From the IMG/VR virus record IMGVR_UViG_3300010371_000002, positions 1 to 64,000 of that record: 64,000 nucleotides of DNA. One strand, written 5' to 3'. The translations under genes were made by a program, and so were the position numbers. Below the pieces are notes generated by a model. It saw only the letters and a list, made by a program, of their open reading frames with translations. It made no database searches and was not told the DNA's origin. Positions 54,183 through 63,223 of this stretch are shown one piece after another; the stretch's first letter is position 1; each line of letters opens with the position of its first letter. Source of the stretch: a virus.

Positions 54183-55685
54183 CTATTTGGAATCGTTGTT
54201 ACCGGGTGCGCCGTCGGTCGTTTGGGTTGGGTTGTCGCCGGTGGCGTCGCCGTCACCGGATGCAGGCTTGCTCGTGACGTTCTGCGGCTTCTGACCGGCG
54301 ATCTGCTGGGTCTTCTTCACGAGGTCCGCATACTGCTGCGCCTGGTCGAGCATCTCCTGCTCTTCCGGGCTGATGGGCGGCAGGTCCATCTCATCGCGGA
54401 TCAGCTTCGCCGTCGGGGCGACGTTCCCGATCTGGACCAGTTCCCCGAACGCTTGGGCGAGCGCGAGCAGGTTCTTGCGGGCCTTCCCGAGCGACACCAT
54501 GGGGCAGAGATCAAGGGCGTCGTCACCATAGTTGTAGCGGATGAGTCGCCGCACGAGCTGATTGCTCAGCACACCCTCGACCATCTTGCGTGTGAAGTCG
54601 AAGCCGAACTGCTGCGTATTCTCGTGGACCTTCCCGAGGGCGTTGGTGTTCGTCCCGCCGGTCGTGCCCGTTGTGAGAGTGTTGCCAAGCACGGCGGTTG
54701 CGATCTGCTGCACGTGCCAGTCAGCCGCCATCTTGAACCCCTCCAGCGCCTTTGCATCGAGTGAGACGACCTCGTATTCACAGTTTTCCGGGAGAAGTAA
54801 TGAAGATCCGCTGCGCACCGAGTCGATGGCGGCTGACGCGGCAGCTAGCGCGACGGTATCGCCGAGAGGGTATTTGACCACCAGGAATGGGCTTCCAAAG
54901 CGTTCACAGCCGATGGTCCAGAACTTCAGGATGCCGTCGAGTATCCACCAGTGCTTGTAGCACGAGCGGCCGTCCCCATCCCCGTAGGGCAATCCGCGCT
55001 TCGGGTTGTGGGTGTAGATCAGCACCTTCTCGACGGGCAGCGGCTTCTGGTAGCCTTCGAGGGGCGAATAGGCATCCACGTTGATCGGGGCCATGGTCCG
55101 CAGATCCAGATCCCAGCCGATCTCCTGCGCGGGCTTGGAGGCGATGTACTCCAGCCCCGTCTTGCCGCTGTACTTGCCGCCCTTGAAGCGCTTCCAGGTC
55201 ATCTCAGAGACGTGGCAGCCGTCCCAGCATCCCCGCAGCAGCTCGAACAGCACCGCGAGGAAGTCCTGCGGGAAGTCCGTCTGGTCGTTGCGGATATTCT
55301 TCAGCACATATTTCGTGAACTGCGCGAGTTCGTCCGCTTTACCGAAATCGGGGTCTTCAGGTTCCCGGATGGCGCTCACGATGTCCCAGCCGTCGGAGAG
55401 GATCGCGTAGCGCTTGATGTCGAACGGGGCGCGGCACGCCGCCATCGTCAACATCTCATCGAACTTATCGAAACCAACCTGGTTGATGAGCTGGTCCAGG
55501 TTGAACTGCGCGAACCGGAACGAGGCGGCGTAGATGCTGTCATAGCCCGCCATCAGCGATTTGAAGCGGTCCCGCGTCTCCAGGACGACGGGCATCTGGT
55601 CCCGCACGTAAGCGGATGCCGTCAAGGCGTCGATCGGCTTACTGACTGGCTGGAGTGACCTAGCGACGGGTTTTGACTTGATCAT
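54183..55685 (-). CDS. Portal protein (DUF935, Mu gp29-like)
   Basis: P.EKVLIYTH....PYG.G..RSCY..W..W..GCERFG.PF...Y..G, IATAVLGNTLTT, ALGKVH. Confidence 0.9.
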   Translation of the reverse strand: MIKSKPVARSLQPVSKPIDALTASAYVRDQMPVVLETRDRFKSLMAGYDSIYAASFRFAQFNLDQLINQVGFDKFDEMLTMAACRAPFDIKRYAILSDGWDIVSAIREPEDPDFGKADELAQFTKYVLKNIRNDQTDFPQDFLAVLFELLRGCWDGCHVSEMTWKRFKGGKYSGKTGLEYIASKPAQEIGWDLDLRTMAPINVDAYSPLEGYQKPLPVEKVLIYTHNPKRGLPYGDGDGRSCYKHWWILDGILKFWTIGCERFGSPFLVVKYPLGDTVALAAASAAIDSVRSGSSLLLPENCEYEVVSLDAKALEGFKMAADWHVQQIATAVLGNTLTTGTTGGTNTNALGKVHENTQQFGFDFTRKMVEGVLSNQLVRRLIRYNYGDDALDLCPMVSLGKARKNLLALAQAFGELVQIGNVAPTAKLIRDEMDLPPISPEEQEMLDQAQQYADLVKKTQQIAGQKPQNVTSKPASGDGDATGDNPTQTTDGAPGNNDSK

Positions 55686-55688
55686 ACG

Positions 55689-57446
55689 TCACCAGACCTT
55701 CGAGGTTCCGTAAGGAGAGCGGGGAAGCTGCGCGGTAACACGCTGAGCCTCTTGCAATGCTTCGCGGGTGTTGCCGCCCTCCTTGACAAGCAGCCGGCGC
55801 AGAGCCTGTGTGGCCGTGTCCACCTGATCGTCATACGCGCCAGCCGGGAATGCGGACGATTCACCGATGAAGCCATGCACCCATGGGAAGATGTCAGGGT
55901 GCGGCAGGTACGTATTGCCTGACTCAATGACGGGCGTCACGGCATGAGCCCTGGCAATCTTGTCCCCGTCGGGTTCAACGGGCGTCAGCCCTGGGATGCG
56001 GCTTTTCAGCGACGCGATAATGGCCGGACCATTCGCCTTGTCCTCAACGAGCTTGGATGTTGCCTGCGGCCATTTTGCGGACAGTGCAAGGAGTGCGGCT
56101 TCAGTTGCCGTAAAATCCAGCTTGTCATGGACCTGATCAAGCAGAAAGGCGTCAGCCGCGAGCCGCGCCCAGACCTGCCCACACACATAGTCGCTTGTGA
56201 CAGCGCCCTTGAACGCCATATCCCATGACTGAATGGTCTCATCAAACCAGGGCGGCAGTTCGATGACCGGGCAATAGACGATATCGCCGTTGTCGAGGCG
56301 CAGGGGGTACGGTTCCGTGCGGAAACCCTTGGGCACCCAGAAACGCCACCAGCGCGCCTTGAGGATCGTTCCTTCGGCCGGCGCCGGACGCTGCTGCATC
56401 TGCCCCGCATACCCCGCCGTCCCAAGCCGCAGCCGCTCCGATTCCAACACCGACTTCGGAAACCGATCCGGCATAAGCAATTCGCCCGGAGTGGTACGTG
56501 GATCTCGGAACCCTAACGGGGATCTTCCTTCTTGGCAACTGGGGCATTTACAGCTCGTGGAGATCTCGTACTCCATGGGAAGAACCATGTGGTAGAGGTC
56601 GGGGAGCTTGGGCAGAACGTGGCCGGTCCAGTCGCGCTCATGCAAGCGCTGCATGATGCCGATGCGCAGGGACGACATCATATCGTTGACGCGGTTGCCA
56701 GCCTTCAGATCCCACCAGTCGTTCACGGACTGCCGCAGGGCGTCCGAGAGCACTTCCTTAGCGTCGTTGGGGTCATCGACAAAGAAGGCATCAGCCCGAT
56801 CTCCGGTGAGTTTTCCCCCACACGTCGCCGCGAGCCGGAAACCCCCTGCGGTGTTCTTGTAGAAACCCTTCGCATTCTGGTCGGCAGCCATCGACCACTT
56901 GGGTTCGAACCAGGATTGATACCAACTCGACTCGATCAACTCCCGACAATACATCGAGTCCCGAAGAACGAGGTTTTCCGAACCGGACGTGAAGATGGCT
57001 CGCCAGGAAGGCCAATGCAACCACATCCACGCCGTTGTGTAGACGCTGACGATGCGTGACTTCGCCGTACCGGGCGGGATATTGACCACGAAACTCTTGA
57101 ACCGCTGCTCGGGTTCGGGCAAGCCCTTCATGCGGGCACGCTGCACGGCCATCCAGTCTTCGAGCATCGCCTGCACGTGGTCGCAGATCGCGTCCATGTG
57201 CCAGTTCCACACCAGCGGCGTGGTCGGCTCCAGGACATGCCACCCTTCACGGAAGAACGTAGCGAGGGAGGCACGGGCAGCAATGGCAAGCTTTCGCTCT
57301 TCTGCCGTCAGGGAAGCGCGTTGCAGTTTTGCGGCGAGCTTCTTTTTGTCTTCCTCGCTGACTTTGGCGAAACGAAATGAGGGGGTATCAATCCGTGGAA
57401 GCCGGATCGGCGTCGATAGAATCATGGCTCTTGCCTGCCGCCGCAT
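55689..57446 (-). CDS. terL: Terminase large subunit
   Basis: Walker A NIPPGTAKS, Walker B FFVDDP, IMQRLHERD, nuclease SWD, VEDKANG, DDQVD. Confidence 0.95.
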   Translation of the reverse strand: MRRQARAMILSTPIRLPRIDTPSFRFAKVSEEDKKKLAAKLQRASLTAEERKLAIAARASLATFFREGWHVLEPTTPLVWNWHMDAICDHVQAMLEDWMAVQRARMKGLPEPEQRFKSFVVNIPPGTAKSRIVSVYTTAWMWLHWPSWRAIFTSGSENLVLRDSMYCRELIESSWYQSWFEPKWSMAADQNAKGFYKNTAGGFRLAATCGGKLTGDRADAFFVDDPNDAKEVLSDALRQSVNDWWDLKAGNRVNDMMSSLRIGIMQRLHERDWTGHVLPKLPDLYHMVLPMEYEISTSCKCPSCQEGRSPLGFRDPRTTPGELLMPDRFPKSVLESERLRLGTAGYAGQMQQRPAPAEGTILKARWWRFWVPKGFRTEPYPLRLDNGDIVYCPVIELPPWFDETIQSWDMAFKGAVTSDYVCGQVWARLAADAFLLDQVHDKLDFTATEAALLALSAKWPQATSKLVEDKANGPAIIASLKSRIPGLTPVEPDGDKIARAHAVTPVIESGNTYLPHPDIFPWVHGFIGESSAFPAGAYDDQVDTATQALRRLLVKEGGNTREALQEAQRVTAQLPRSPYGTSKVW

Positions 57447-57810
57447 CCGCCGAGGAAAGCGCCTCGATCAGCCGGATGCTCTTATCCGACATCACGCCGT
57501 AGAGCACCGCAAGCTGCTGGGGCGGGAACCCCTTGAGGTACTCGGGATCGCTCGCGACTTCGGCCTGAACCGCGAGCGCGTCAAGGCTGGCATGGAGGTA
57601 CCGGACGATTTTGCCCTCCGTGATCCCCCCATCCTTTTTATCGCGAACTTCCGCGAACTTACCTTCGCGCTTGGCCCGGTCCCGGATGCTGCGCACCGTG
57701 GACTCGCTCAGGTTGTACGCCTTGGCGGTTTCCGAGACGCCCTGCCCGGCGAGGAGTGCCCCCAGGACTGCCCCCTCGTCTTCTCCATTCGTCGCTTTCC
57801 CCCGCGCCAT
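57388..57810 (-). CDS. terS: Terminase small subunit (HTH)
   Basis: N-terminal HTH (GVSETAKAYNLSESTVRSI); immediately upstream of terL. Confidence 0.7.
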   Translation of the reverse strand: MARGKATNGEDEGAVLGALLAGQGVSETAKAYNLSESTVRSIRDRAKREGKFAEVRDKKDGGITEGKIVRYLHASLDALAVQAEVASDPEYLKGFPPQQLAVLYGVMSDKSIRLIEALSSADAAAGKSHDSIDADPASTD

Positions 57811-57833
57811 ACCGTTACACTCTCATGACCGTT

Positions 57834-58487
57834 TTATGCTCTCAAACAGGTGCCGCACGCCCGGGCGATATTGGCCTGTGCGATCGTCGGCTCCGTGTTC
57901 GCGAACTTCGCGAGCTCCGCGCTCTTGCCAGCGGATTTCCCCGCGCCATACCGCTCCCACTCGAACACGAACACTTCGACGTCATGCCCGCGCATGGCGA
58001 ACTGGGGAAGCCCCGTGGTCTTGCTGAACTTCGGCACATTGTCCTCATCGACCGCCTGTCCGGCGTGCGCCATTTCATGCTCGGCCGCACAGCAGAACGT
58101 GCCGTCGTCAGCCCTGGCGAAATATGGCGCGTAGAGCGTGATAAGGAAGTCCAGGTTCTTGGGACCGAAGAACTGCGTGAGCTGATAGTCCACCCGGGCC
58201 TTGAGCCATTTGTTGCCGTTGCAGCGCGGTTGCTCGCACATGCCGACAATCGTGATCCCGCTCTTTGTGTGCGGGACAGAACTCCATAGCCATCCGACCT
58301 GGGCAAACCGAAGGTGCTTGTGAATTGGGTTATGGATCGCGCCGTCCTGAGCGATGATATGCTCAAGCGCCCACTCACCGATTTCCATGGCAGGAACGAA
58401 CAGATCGCCACCATTCGGGCGGGATAGTGCCTTGGGCGGGAAGGGACGACTTCGCACAGCCTCGCGCTTTTGCTTCTCAGTTGGCAT
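57834..58487 (-). CDS. Putative phage metallopeptidase
   Basis: HEMAH (HExxH) and RGHDVEVF; family commonly found beside terminases. Confidence 0.85.
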   Translation of the reverse strand: MPTEKQKREAVRSRPFPPKALSRPNGGDLFVPAMEIGEWALEHIIAQDGAIHNPIHKHLRFAQVGWLWSSVPHTKSGITIVGMCEQPRCNGNKWLKARVDYQLTQFFGPKNLDFLITLYAPYFARADDGTFCCAAEHEMAHAGQAVDEDNVPKFSKTTGLPQFAMRGHDVEVFVFEWERYGAGKSAGKSAELAKFANTEPTIAQANIARACGTCLRA

Positions 58488-58574
58488 CGCGGTGTCTACT
58501 ACTTATCCAGCATACGCGGGGTGTTTTGCCGTGTTTTCGAGCATTTTCCGTTCAAGAATAGTAGACAACCACCT

Positions 58575-58775
58575 CTACCAGACTTCGAACAGTGGCTCTC
58601 CGGGAAGCACGTATCCCCGTTCAATCCGCGCTTTGGTAAGTCTCTGCTGCCTGTTCGCAAAACCCTGGATACGCTTGATGACGGATTGCTCCATCAAACA
58701 TCGCCGGGTAACCTGGGAATCACGGGAATCAGGGGTTTCGTCCGGCTCATCCGCGATTATCACTTCATCGTCCAT
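58575..58775 (-). CDS. Hypothetical protein
   Basis: Small ORF in operon. Confidence 0.45.
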   Translation of the reverse strand: MDDEVIIADEPDETPDSRDSQVTRRCLMEQSVIKRIQGFANRQQRLTKARIERGYVLPGEPLFEVW

Positions 58776-58781
58776 CGGAGA

Positions 58782-59030
58782 CTATCTCTCGCGTTGTTGG
58801 GATGCTGTAGCGAACGCTCTGGCGTGCTTGCAATAGCGGCAAGGACAATCCTGAAGCAGTGTGCAGGCTCGGGGTTCTTCCCGTCGCTCCTGCATCTCCG
58901 CCTCAAGGTCTTCGCGATTGTCGTACTGGCGCGATATCTGGCGCTGACGGTCGCGGAGGTTCTTGATGTGTCTCGGATACCCGTTGCCCATGGTCTGCCT
59001 CTGCAATTCCGGCTTACCCGCCTCATCCAA
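58782..59030 (-). CDS. Hypothetical protein
   Basis: C-terminal CTL..DCPCRYC. Confidence 0.5.
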   Translation of the reverse strand: MDEAGKPELQRQTMGNGYPRHIKNLRDRQRQISRQYDNREDLEAEMQERREEPRACTLLQDCPCRYCKHARAFATASQQRER

Positions 59031-59373
59031 TCAGCGGGACTAGGGACTTGACGACGGCGCGGAACAGGTAGTCCTTGGTTCGCTGGAACTCGGGGAGCGC
59101 ATCGTAAGACACAAGGCAGGGATGCCTCTTTGCGTCCGCATCCTTCACGGTTCCGTACCGCCAGCCGTTCGCAATCTTGTCGGCTGTCCAGGCATCATGC
59201 TGGTCGGCGGGCGTGAGGTCCGGGTTGTCGATGGCGAACTGAACACCCTTGATGGCGGAATCGCGTTGCCACTGGTCGGCTTCCTCCCAGGATTTCTGGG
59301 TATCGTCGCCCGTGGCGCTGCAATAGGCCCGGTTCACTTCATGCGCGGTCTTCGCGATGTCTTCGATGGTCAT
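59023..59373 (-). CDS. RyR-domain phage protein
   Basis: HDAW...KIANGWRYG.VKD.DAKRHPCLV.YD.LP..Q..KD. Confidence 0.85.
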   Translation of the reverse strand: MTIEDIAKTAHEVNRAYCSATGDDTQKSWEEADQWQRDSAIKGVQFAIDNPDLTPADQHDAWTADKIANGWRYGTVKDADAKRHPCLVSYDALPEFQRTKDYLFRAVVKSLVPLIG

Positions 59374-59403
59374 TGACGGTCGGTATCCTTTGAGGATGGA
59401 TTT

Positions 59404-59568
59404 TCATTGCTGACCGTGGCGTTTGATGTACTCTTTGGTTTGCCTGTTAGCGTCGGTGACGATCAGCAGCCACAACAGAAACGCGCATATGAGGGTGATG
59501 GCGACGATAATGCCCCAGACCACGAGCGCACCCTGCATAAAGCCAGTCGTGGGGTGTACAGCATGCAT
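59404..59568 (-). CDS. Small single-TM protein (54 aa, below ORF-track cutoff)
   Basis: MHAVHPTTGFMQGALVVWGIIVAITLICAFLLWLLIV...; GAGG RBS. Confidence 0.5.
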   Translation of the reverse strand: MHAVHPTTGFMQGALVVWGIIVAITLICAFLLWLLIVTDANRQTKEYIKRHGQQ

Positions 59569-60082
59569 CTCGGTACCTCAAGGAACTCTCATCTCCAACC
59601 GAGGCGCGGGAATAATTGCCGCCAACGCCGCCGTATCCGCTCAATCATCGGATTTACTCCTATGACGCTCCAAGAAAATTCCGTCGATCTTGTACTGCGC
59701 CCACAAGCCGAGCATAATCCCGGCGCAGAAAACATCGAACAGGAGAAATGTGACGTTTGGATCGTGCAGCGCGATTATCCAGTGGGGTGTCATATCGCTC
59801 TCCTGGCGTGTCGTTTTTCACGTCGTCGCTGCCGATACCGTCCCGCCCACTGTCCGCGATCCCTGGCACTCGCCGTCATGACACAAACTCTCGTGCGGAA
59901 CAATCCAGCAGACCGCTTCCAATCCTGCGATCGGTCACAAATACGCGGCTTTCGAGGCTTGGAGGCATCTTCTTTAGTCGTCTCTCGCACGTCCACAGGA
60001 AACGCAATAGTACAGTTGCCCAGCCGGTAGACAATGGACGGCGTGACGATCTCGCAGCGGTGAGCATAGAAGATTGGGGCCA

Positions 60083-60274
60083 TCAAGCAGCAGCCTCCTC
60101 GCAAGCTTCGAGGTATTCATCAATGGTTTCGTCGTCACAATCCTTCGGCTTCACTGGAAACACATAATCCAGCAGAAACCGCACTTCCCGAACAGGCTTG
60201 TGACACTCGGCCACCGGGGAGTTCTCCGCGATCCATGAATCCGGCAGGTTGCTGCAGACGACTTCAGAGCTCAT
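60083..60274 (-). CDS. Hypothetical protein
   Basis: GGAGG RBS, start MSSEVV. Confidence 0.45.
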   Translation of the reverse strand: MSSEVVCSNLPDSWIAENSPVAECHKPVREVRFLLDYVFPVKPKDCDDETIDEYLEACEEAAA

Positions 60275-60636
60275 CACATTCCTCCACACCCTGGCAACAG
60301 AGAGCCATCGCACCACCAGCCGCACACGACACCACAGTAAATAGAACAACCCCAAGCATCACAGGACTCAGGGCATCATCACCCAACACAGAAACCATCC
60401 AGACTGCACCACCAATAAAGATCGCATAAAGGAGTGCGTACATGGAGATGACCAGAACTTATCTTTTGATCGTCTCCGGCGCGGGGGTGGTGTGCTGAGT
60501 GGCGGTCTCGCGGAACATCACGCGGGAACTCAGCAGGGCCTGTACCGGGCCAAGGGTCACACGCCGGAGACGAAGTGTTAAAGGTGAGGGCGAGCGCCAT
60601 TCCGAACGGCGGCTGAAAAGGCGGCGCGAGAAGCTT

Positions 60637-60903
60637 TCATGCGGTCCAGTACGCTTCGGACAGCCCTTCGGTTTCGGCGGCCAGATCGAAGAGCGAGCCT
60701 TGCCGCGTCATCCTCCCAGTGCGCTCCTGGGGCGGCGCATAGCGTCTTGAGGTGCCGGTGTCCACAACCGAGACGCGGCCACAAAACCCCATGATGACAA
60801 CGCGGGAACGGTCCTGCCAACCATGCACCACGGTTGCCGCGGCGAACTGATCCATCGCTGTTACAGGAGCGCCAGGGCTAAAAGTGTAGGTGATGGTCTT
60901 CAT
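60637..60903 (-). CDS. Hypothetical protein
   Basis: ATGA overlap with upstream gene. Confidence 0.45.
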   Translation of the reverse strand: MKTITYTFSPGAPVTAMDQFAAATVVHGWQDRSRVVIMGFCGRVSVVDTGTSRRYAPPQERTGRMTRQGSLFDLAAETEGLSEAYWTA

Positions 60904-61364
60904 GGGGTGCCCGCCGCAGCCTCGCGAGCATCGATACGGCTCCATGCCTCGCGGTACCGTTCAGTAGCATCAAACTCACTCTGGGCACGTGAAAGGGAAT
61001 CCTTGGGGTGACGCTCATTCCCATAATTGGGGGTGATTTCAGCAAAAGGAATCCCTTGGGCGGCTTTGTTGCGCATGGTGTCGGTGAGCGGTCCCACGGG
61101 AGAGCGGGTGACGCCCAGGTTAAGGTCCGAGATTTCCAGGAGAGGAACAGGGTAGGAAGATCGTTCCGATTTGGGCCGGGTTTCGGCATGGGCGATGCGG
61201 TGAAGGTCACGTGCGTTCCGAGCCGCATTCATCGCGGCGTACTCGCGAACTCTCTCGCCCGCCATCTTGAGCGCACGGCTGGCGGTCTTGGCGTCGCAGT
61301 TCATCTCAAAGGCGGCTTCCCGCTTGCTCAATCCTTGCCGGTAGCATTCATCCCACGTCAGCAT
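60900..61364 (-). CDS. HTH protein (possible late regulator)
   Basis: MLTWDECYRQGLSKREAAFEMNCDAKTASRALK HTH; GGAG RBS. Confidence 0.6.
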   Translation of the reverse strand: MLTWDECYRQGLSKREAAFEMNCDAKTASRALKMAGERVREYAAMNAARNARDLHRIAHAETRPKSERSSYPVPLLEISDLNLGVTRSPVGPLTDTMRNKAAQGIPFAEITPNYGNERHPKDSLSRAQSEFDATERYREAWSRIDAREAAAGTP

Positions 61365-61513
61365 AAACATCTCCAAGGCAGCACGCTTACACATAAGAAA
61401 AACCACGGACACGCAGGGCATTGGAGCGCCTTTTGGTGTTCGTGGTTTTTACGGGAGTTGGCGCATTGAGCGCGAGGCTTGGTCCCCCGGAGCCTCCAAT
61501 CTAGATTCGAATT

Positions 61514-62023
61514 TTACTTACGATAGTCTGTGTCATCTACACCTTTGGACGAATTGCACGACCGGCATAACGGCTGAATGTTTTCAATGTTGTTCAAGCC
61601 GCCCTTGGACACCGGAATGATATGATCAACTGTCAAGGGTTCATCAGATCCGCACCGCGCACAGCGGTTATCGTGCCTATCACAGAGCGCCTGCCATTCT
61701 TCTGGCGTATATGGACGGGGCGTGAAACCCAAATGCGTGCGTCTCTCATGATGCCGGATGCGCGCTTCCTCACGAGAAACTACATCAACTCGGGTTTCGT
61801 CAATCTTGCGGGTTCTCGTGAGATTCCTGGCTTGCAGAGACAGAAACCTTGCTGACTTGGCTTCGGCCGCCGCCATTCTCTCTTTGGATGCTGCTATTCG
61901 CGCCTCATCAATTTCTTTGAGTTCTTTTAGGCGCTTCGCAGCGGTACCCTTTGAACAATTCATCTCAATGGCGGCTTCAGCGAAACCCAATCCTTCATCA
62001 TAACAACCTTGCCATGTCATCAT
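61514..62023 (-). CDS. HNH endonuclease with N-terminal HTH
   Basis: CARC...TVDHIIPVSKGG.N.IENIQPLCRSCNSSK. Confidence 0.9.
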   Translation of the reverse strand: MMTWQGCYDEGLGFAEAAIEMNCSKGTAAKRLKELKEIDEARIAASKERMAAAEAKSARFLSLQARNLTRTRKIDETRVDVVSREEARIRHHERRTHLGFTPRPYTPEEWQALCDRHDNRCARCGSDEPLTVDHIIPVSKGGLNNIENIQPLCRSCNSSKGVDDTDYRK

Positions 62024-62039
62024 TTCAAGCCACCACACA

Positions 62040-62066
62040 ACACACGTATCGGGTCGATACGTGTGT
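62040..62066. repeat. 12-bp perfect inverted repeat upstream of HNH gene
   Basis: ACACACGTATCG-ggt-CGATACGTGTGT. Confidence 0.85.
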
Positions 62067-62323
62067 ACAAACTGAAGATCTAGAGGGCCGGGCTGATCCT
62101 ATTTACAGGACTATTCGAAATCGCCCCGGTTCGGAAATTGCCGACCCCTTCGTGTTAGACCACCTGCACACCATCAAATCTTGTCATACAAGCCCGCGCT
62201 CCAATTTCCAGGTGAAGCGCGGGTATTGCCTGGTTGAATAAATTTTACTGCATCCCTGGTTGGATGTAAATCATTATGGTCATCACGCTATACGCAATTT
62301 ACGGATAAGGCCGGTTGCTCGGT

Positions 62324-62560
62324 TTATCGCTGCCGTTTTCGGTGCCTGCGCCTTACACCGCCCAGGTTCTCTCTGTCGGTGGAGCGGAACACCTGGACAA
62401 TATCGTCTGACAGGCCCGTTAAGCGCGCAACCTCGGCATCGCTGATATGCGGCCATCGTGCGTCGGTTGATCGCAGATAATCCAGCCATTCCCGGATCAC
62501 GGTCGGAGGATCGCGATACTGACCCGGCATACCCTCCCCATGCTGCTGATTTGCTTCCAT
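62324..62560 (-). CDS. Small HTH-like protein
   Basis: ISDAEVARLTGLSDDIV; AAGGAG RBS. Confidence 0.55.
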   Translation of the reverse strand: MEANQQHGEGMPGQYRDPPTVIREWLDYLRSTDARWPHISDAEVARLTGLSDDIVQVFRSTDRENLGGVRRRHRKRQR

Positions 62561-62562
62561 CC

Positions 62563-63204
62563 CTACTCTCCCTTAAGCCTATCGGTGTCGATCACGGCCC
62601 ATCCGCAGGCAACGTTATAGACCCACGTGCCCCCAACAAGCGCCTTCCCCGCCGCCTCATGCACATGCCCGCATATCACCAATTTCGGCTTGATCTCATG
62701 GATCTTATCAAGTAACGCCTGACTGCCAATATGTGATCCATCGGCCGCCATATCCAGCACCCCAAAGGGAGGACAATGAGAAACAATCACATCCGTACCC
62801 AATGGTATTCTTTCGAAGGCAGCTTGTTCGACTTCGGGGCGCGTGGTCATGTCCCGCCACATCGATGCGATCTGAGGCATGTTATAACAAGGCGACATAT
62901 TGACCCCATAGAATGACGGCCAGCCCTCGCGCGGACGGGATGCCATCTGGTCAATACTCTTTGCTCCCGTCCAAGGGAATGAAAGCGGGTGCAGGCCGAA
63001 ATCATGGTTGCCAGGTATCCAGAGAACAGGGGTGGATAGCCCCAACTGCTGCATCCACCACGTAGCCCGTTCTATTTCCCATGGACGCCTGCACCCCAAT
63101 TCGGTGATGTCTCCTGCGATTACGATCACATCAGCGGCGGGAAGTTTTGCTGGGTCGAACTTTTCGAACCGGCTATGAATATCACTCATGGCGAGTATTC
63201 TCAT
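62563..63204 (-). CDS. Icc-like metallophosphoesterase
   Basis: SDIH, AGD, GNHD, SHCPP and CGHVH motifs. Confidence 0.9.
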   Translation of the reverse strand: MRILAMSDIHSRFEKFDPAKLPAADVIVIAGDITELGCRRPWEIERATWWMQQLGLSTPVLWIPGNHDFGLHPLSFPWTGAKSIDQMASRPREGWPSFYGVNMSPCYNMPQIASMWRDMTTRPEVEQAAFERIPLGTDVIVSHCPPFGVLDMAADGSHIGSQALLDKIHEIKPKLVICGHVHEAAGKALVGGTWVYNVACGWAVIDTDRLKGE

Positions 63205-63223
63205 AATTTCACAGTAAACTCTT

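Noticed and set aside
61421-62320. Group I intron around the HNH gene
   Set aside because: Could not identify P7 core elements or an interrupted flanking gene by eye.
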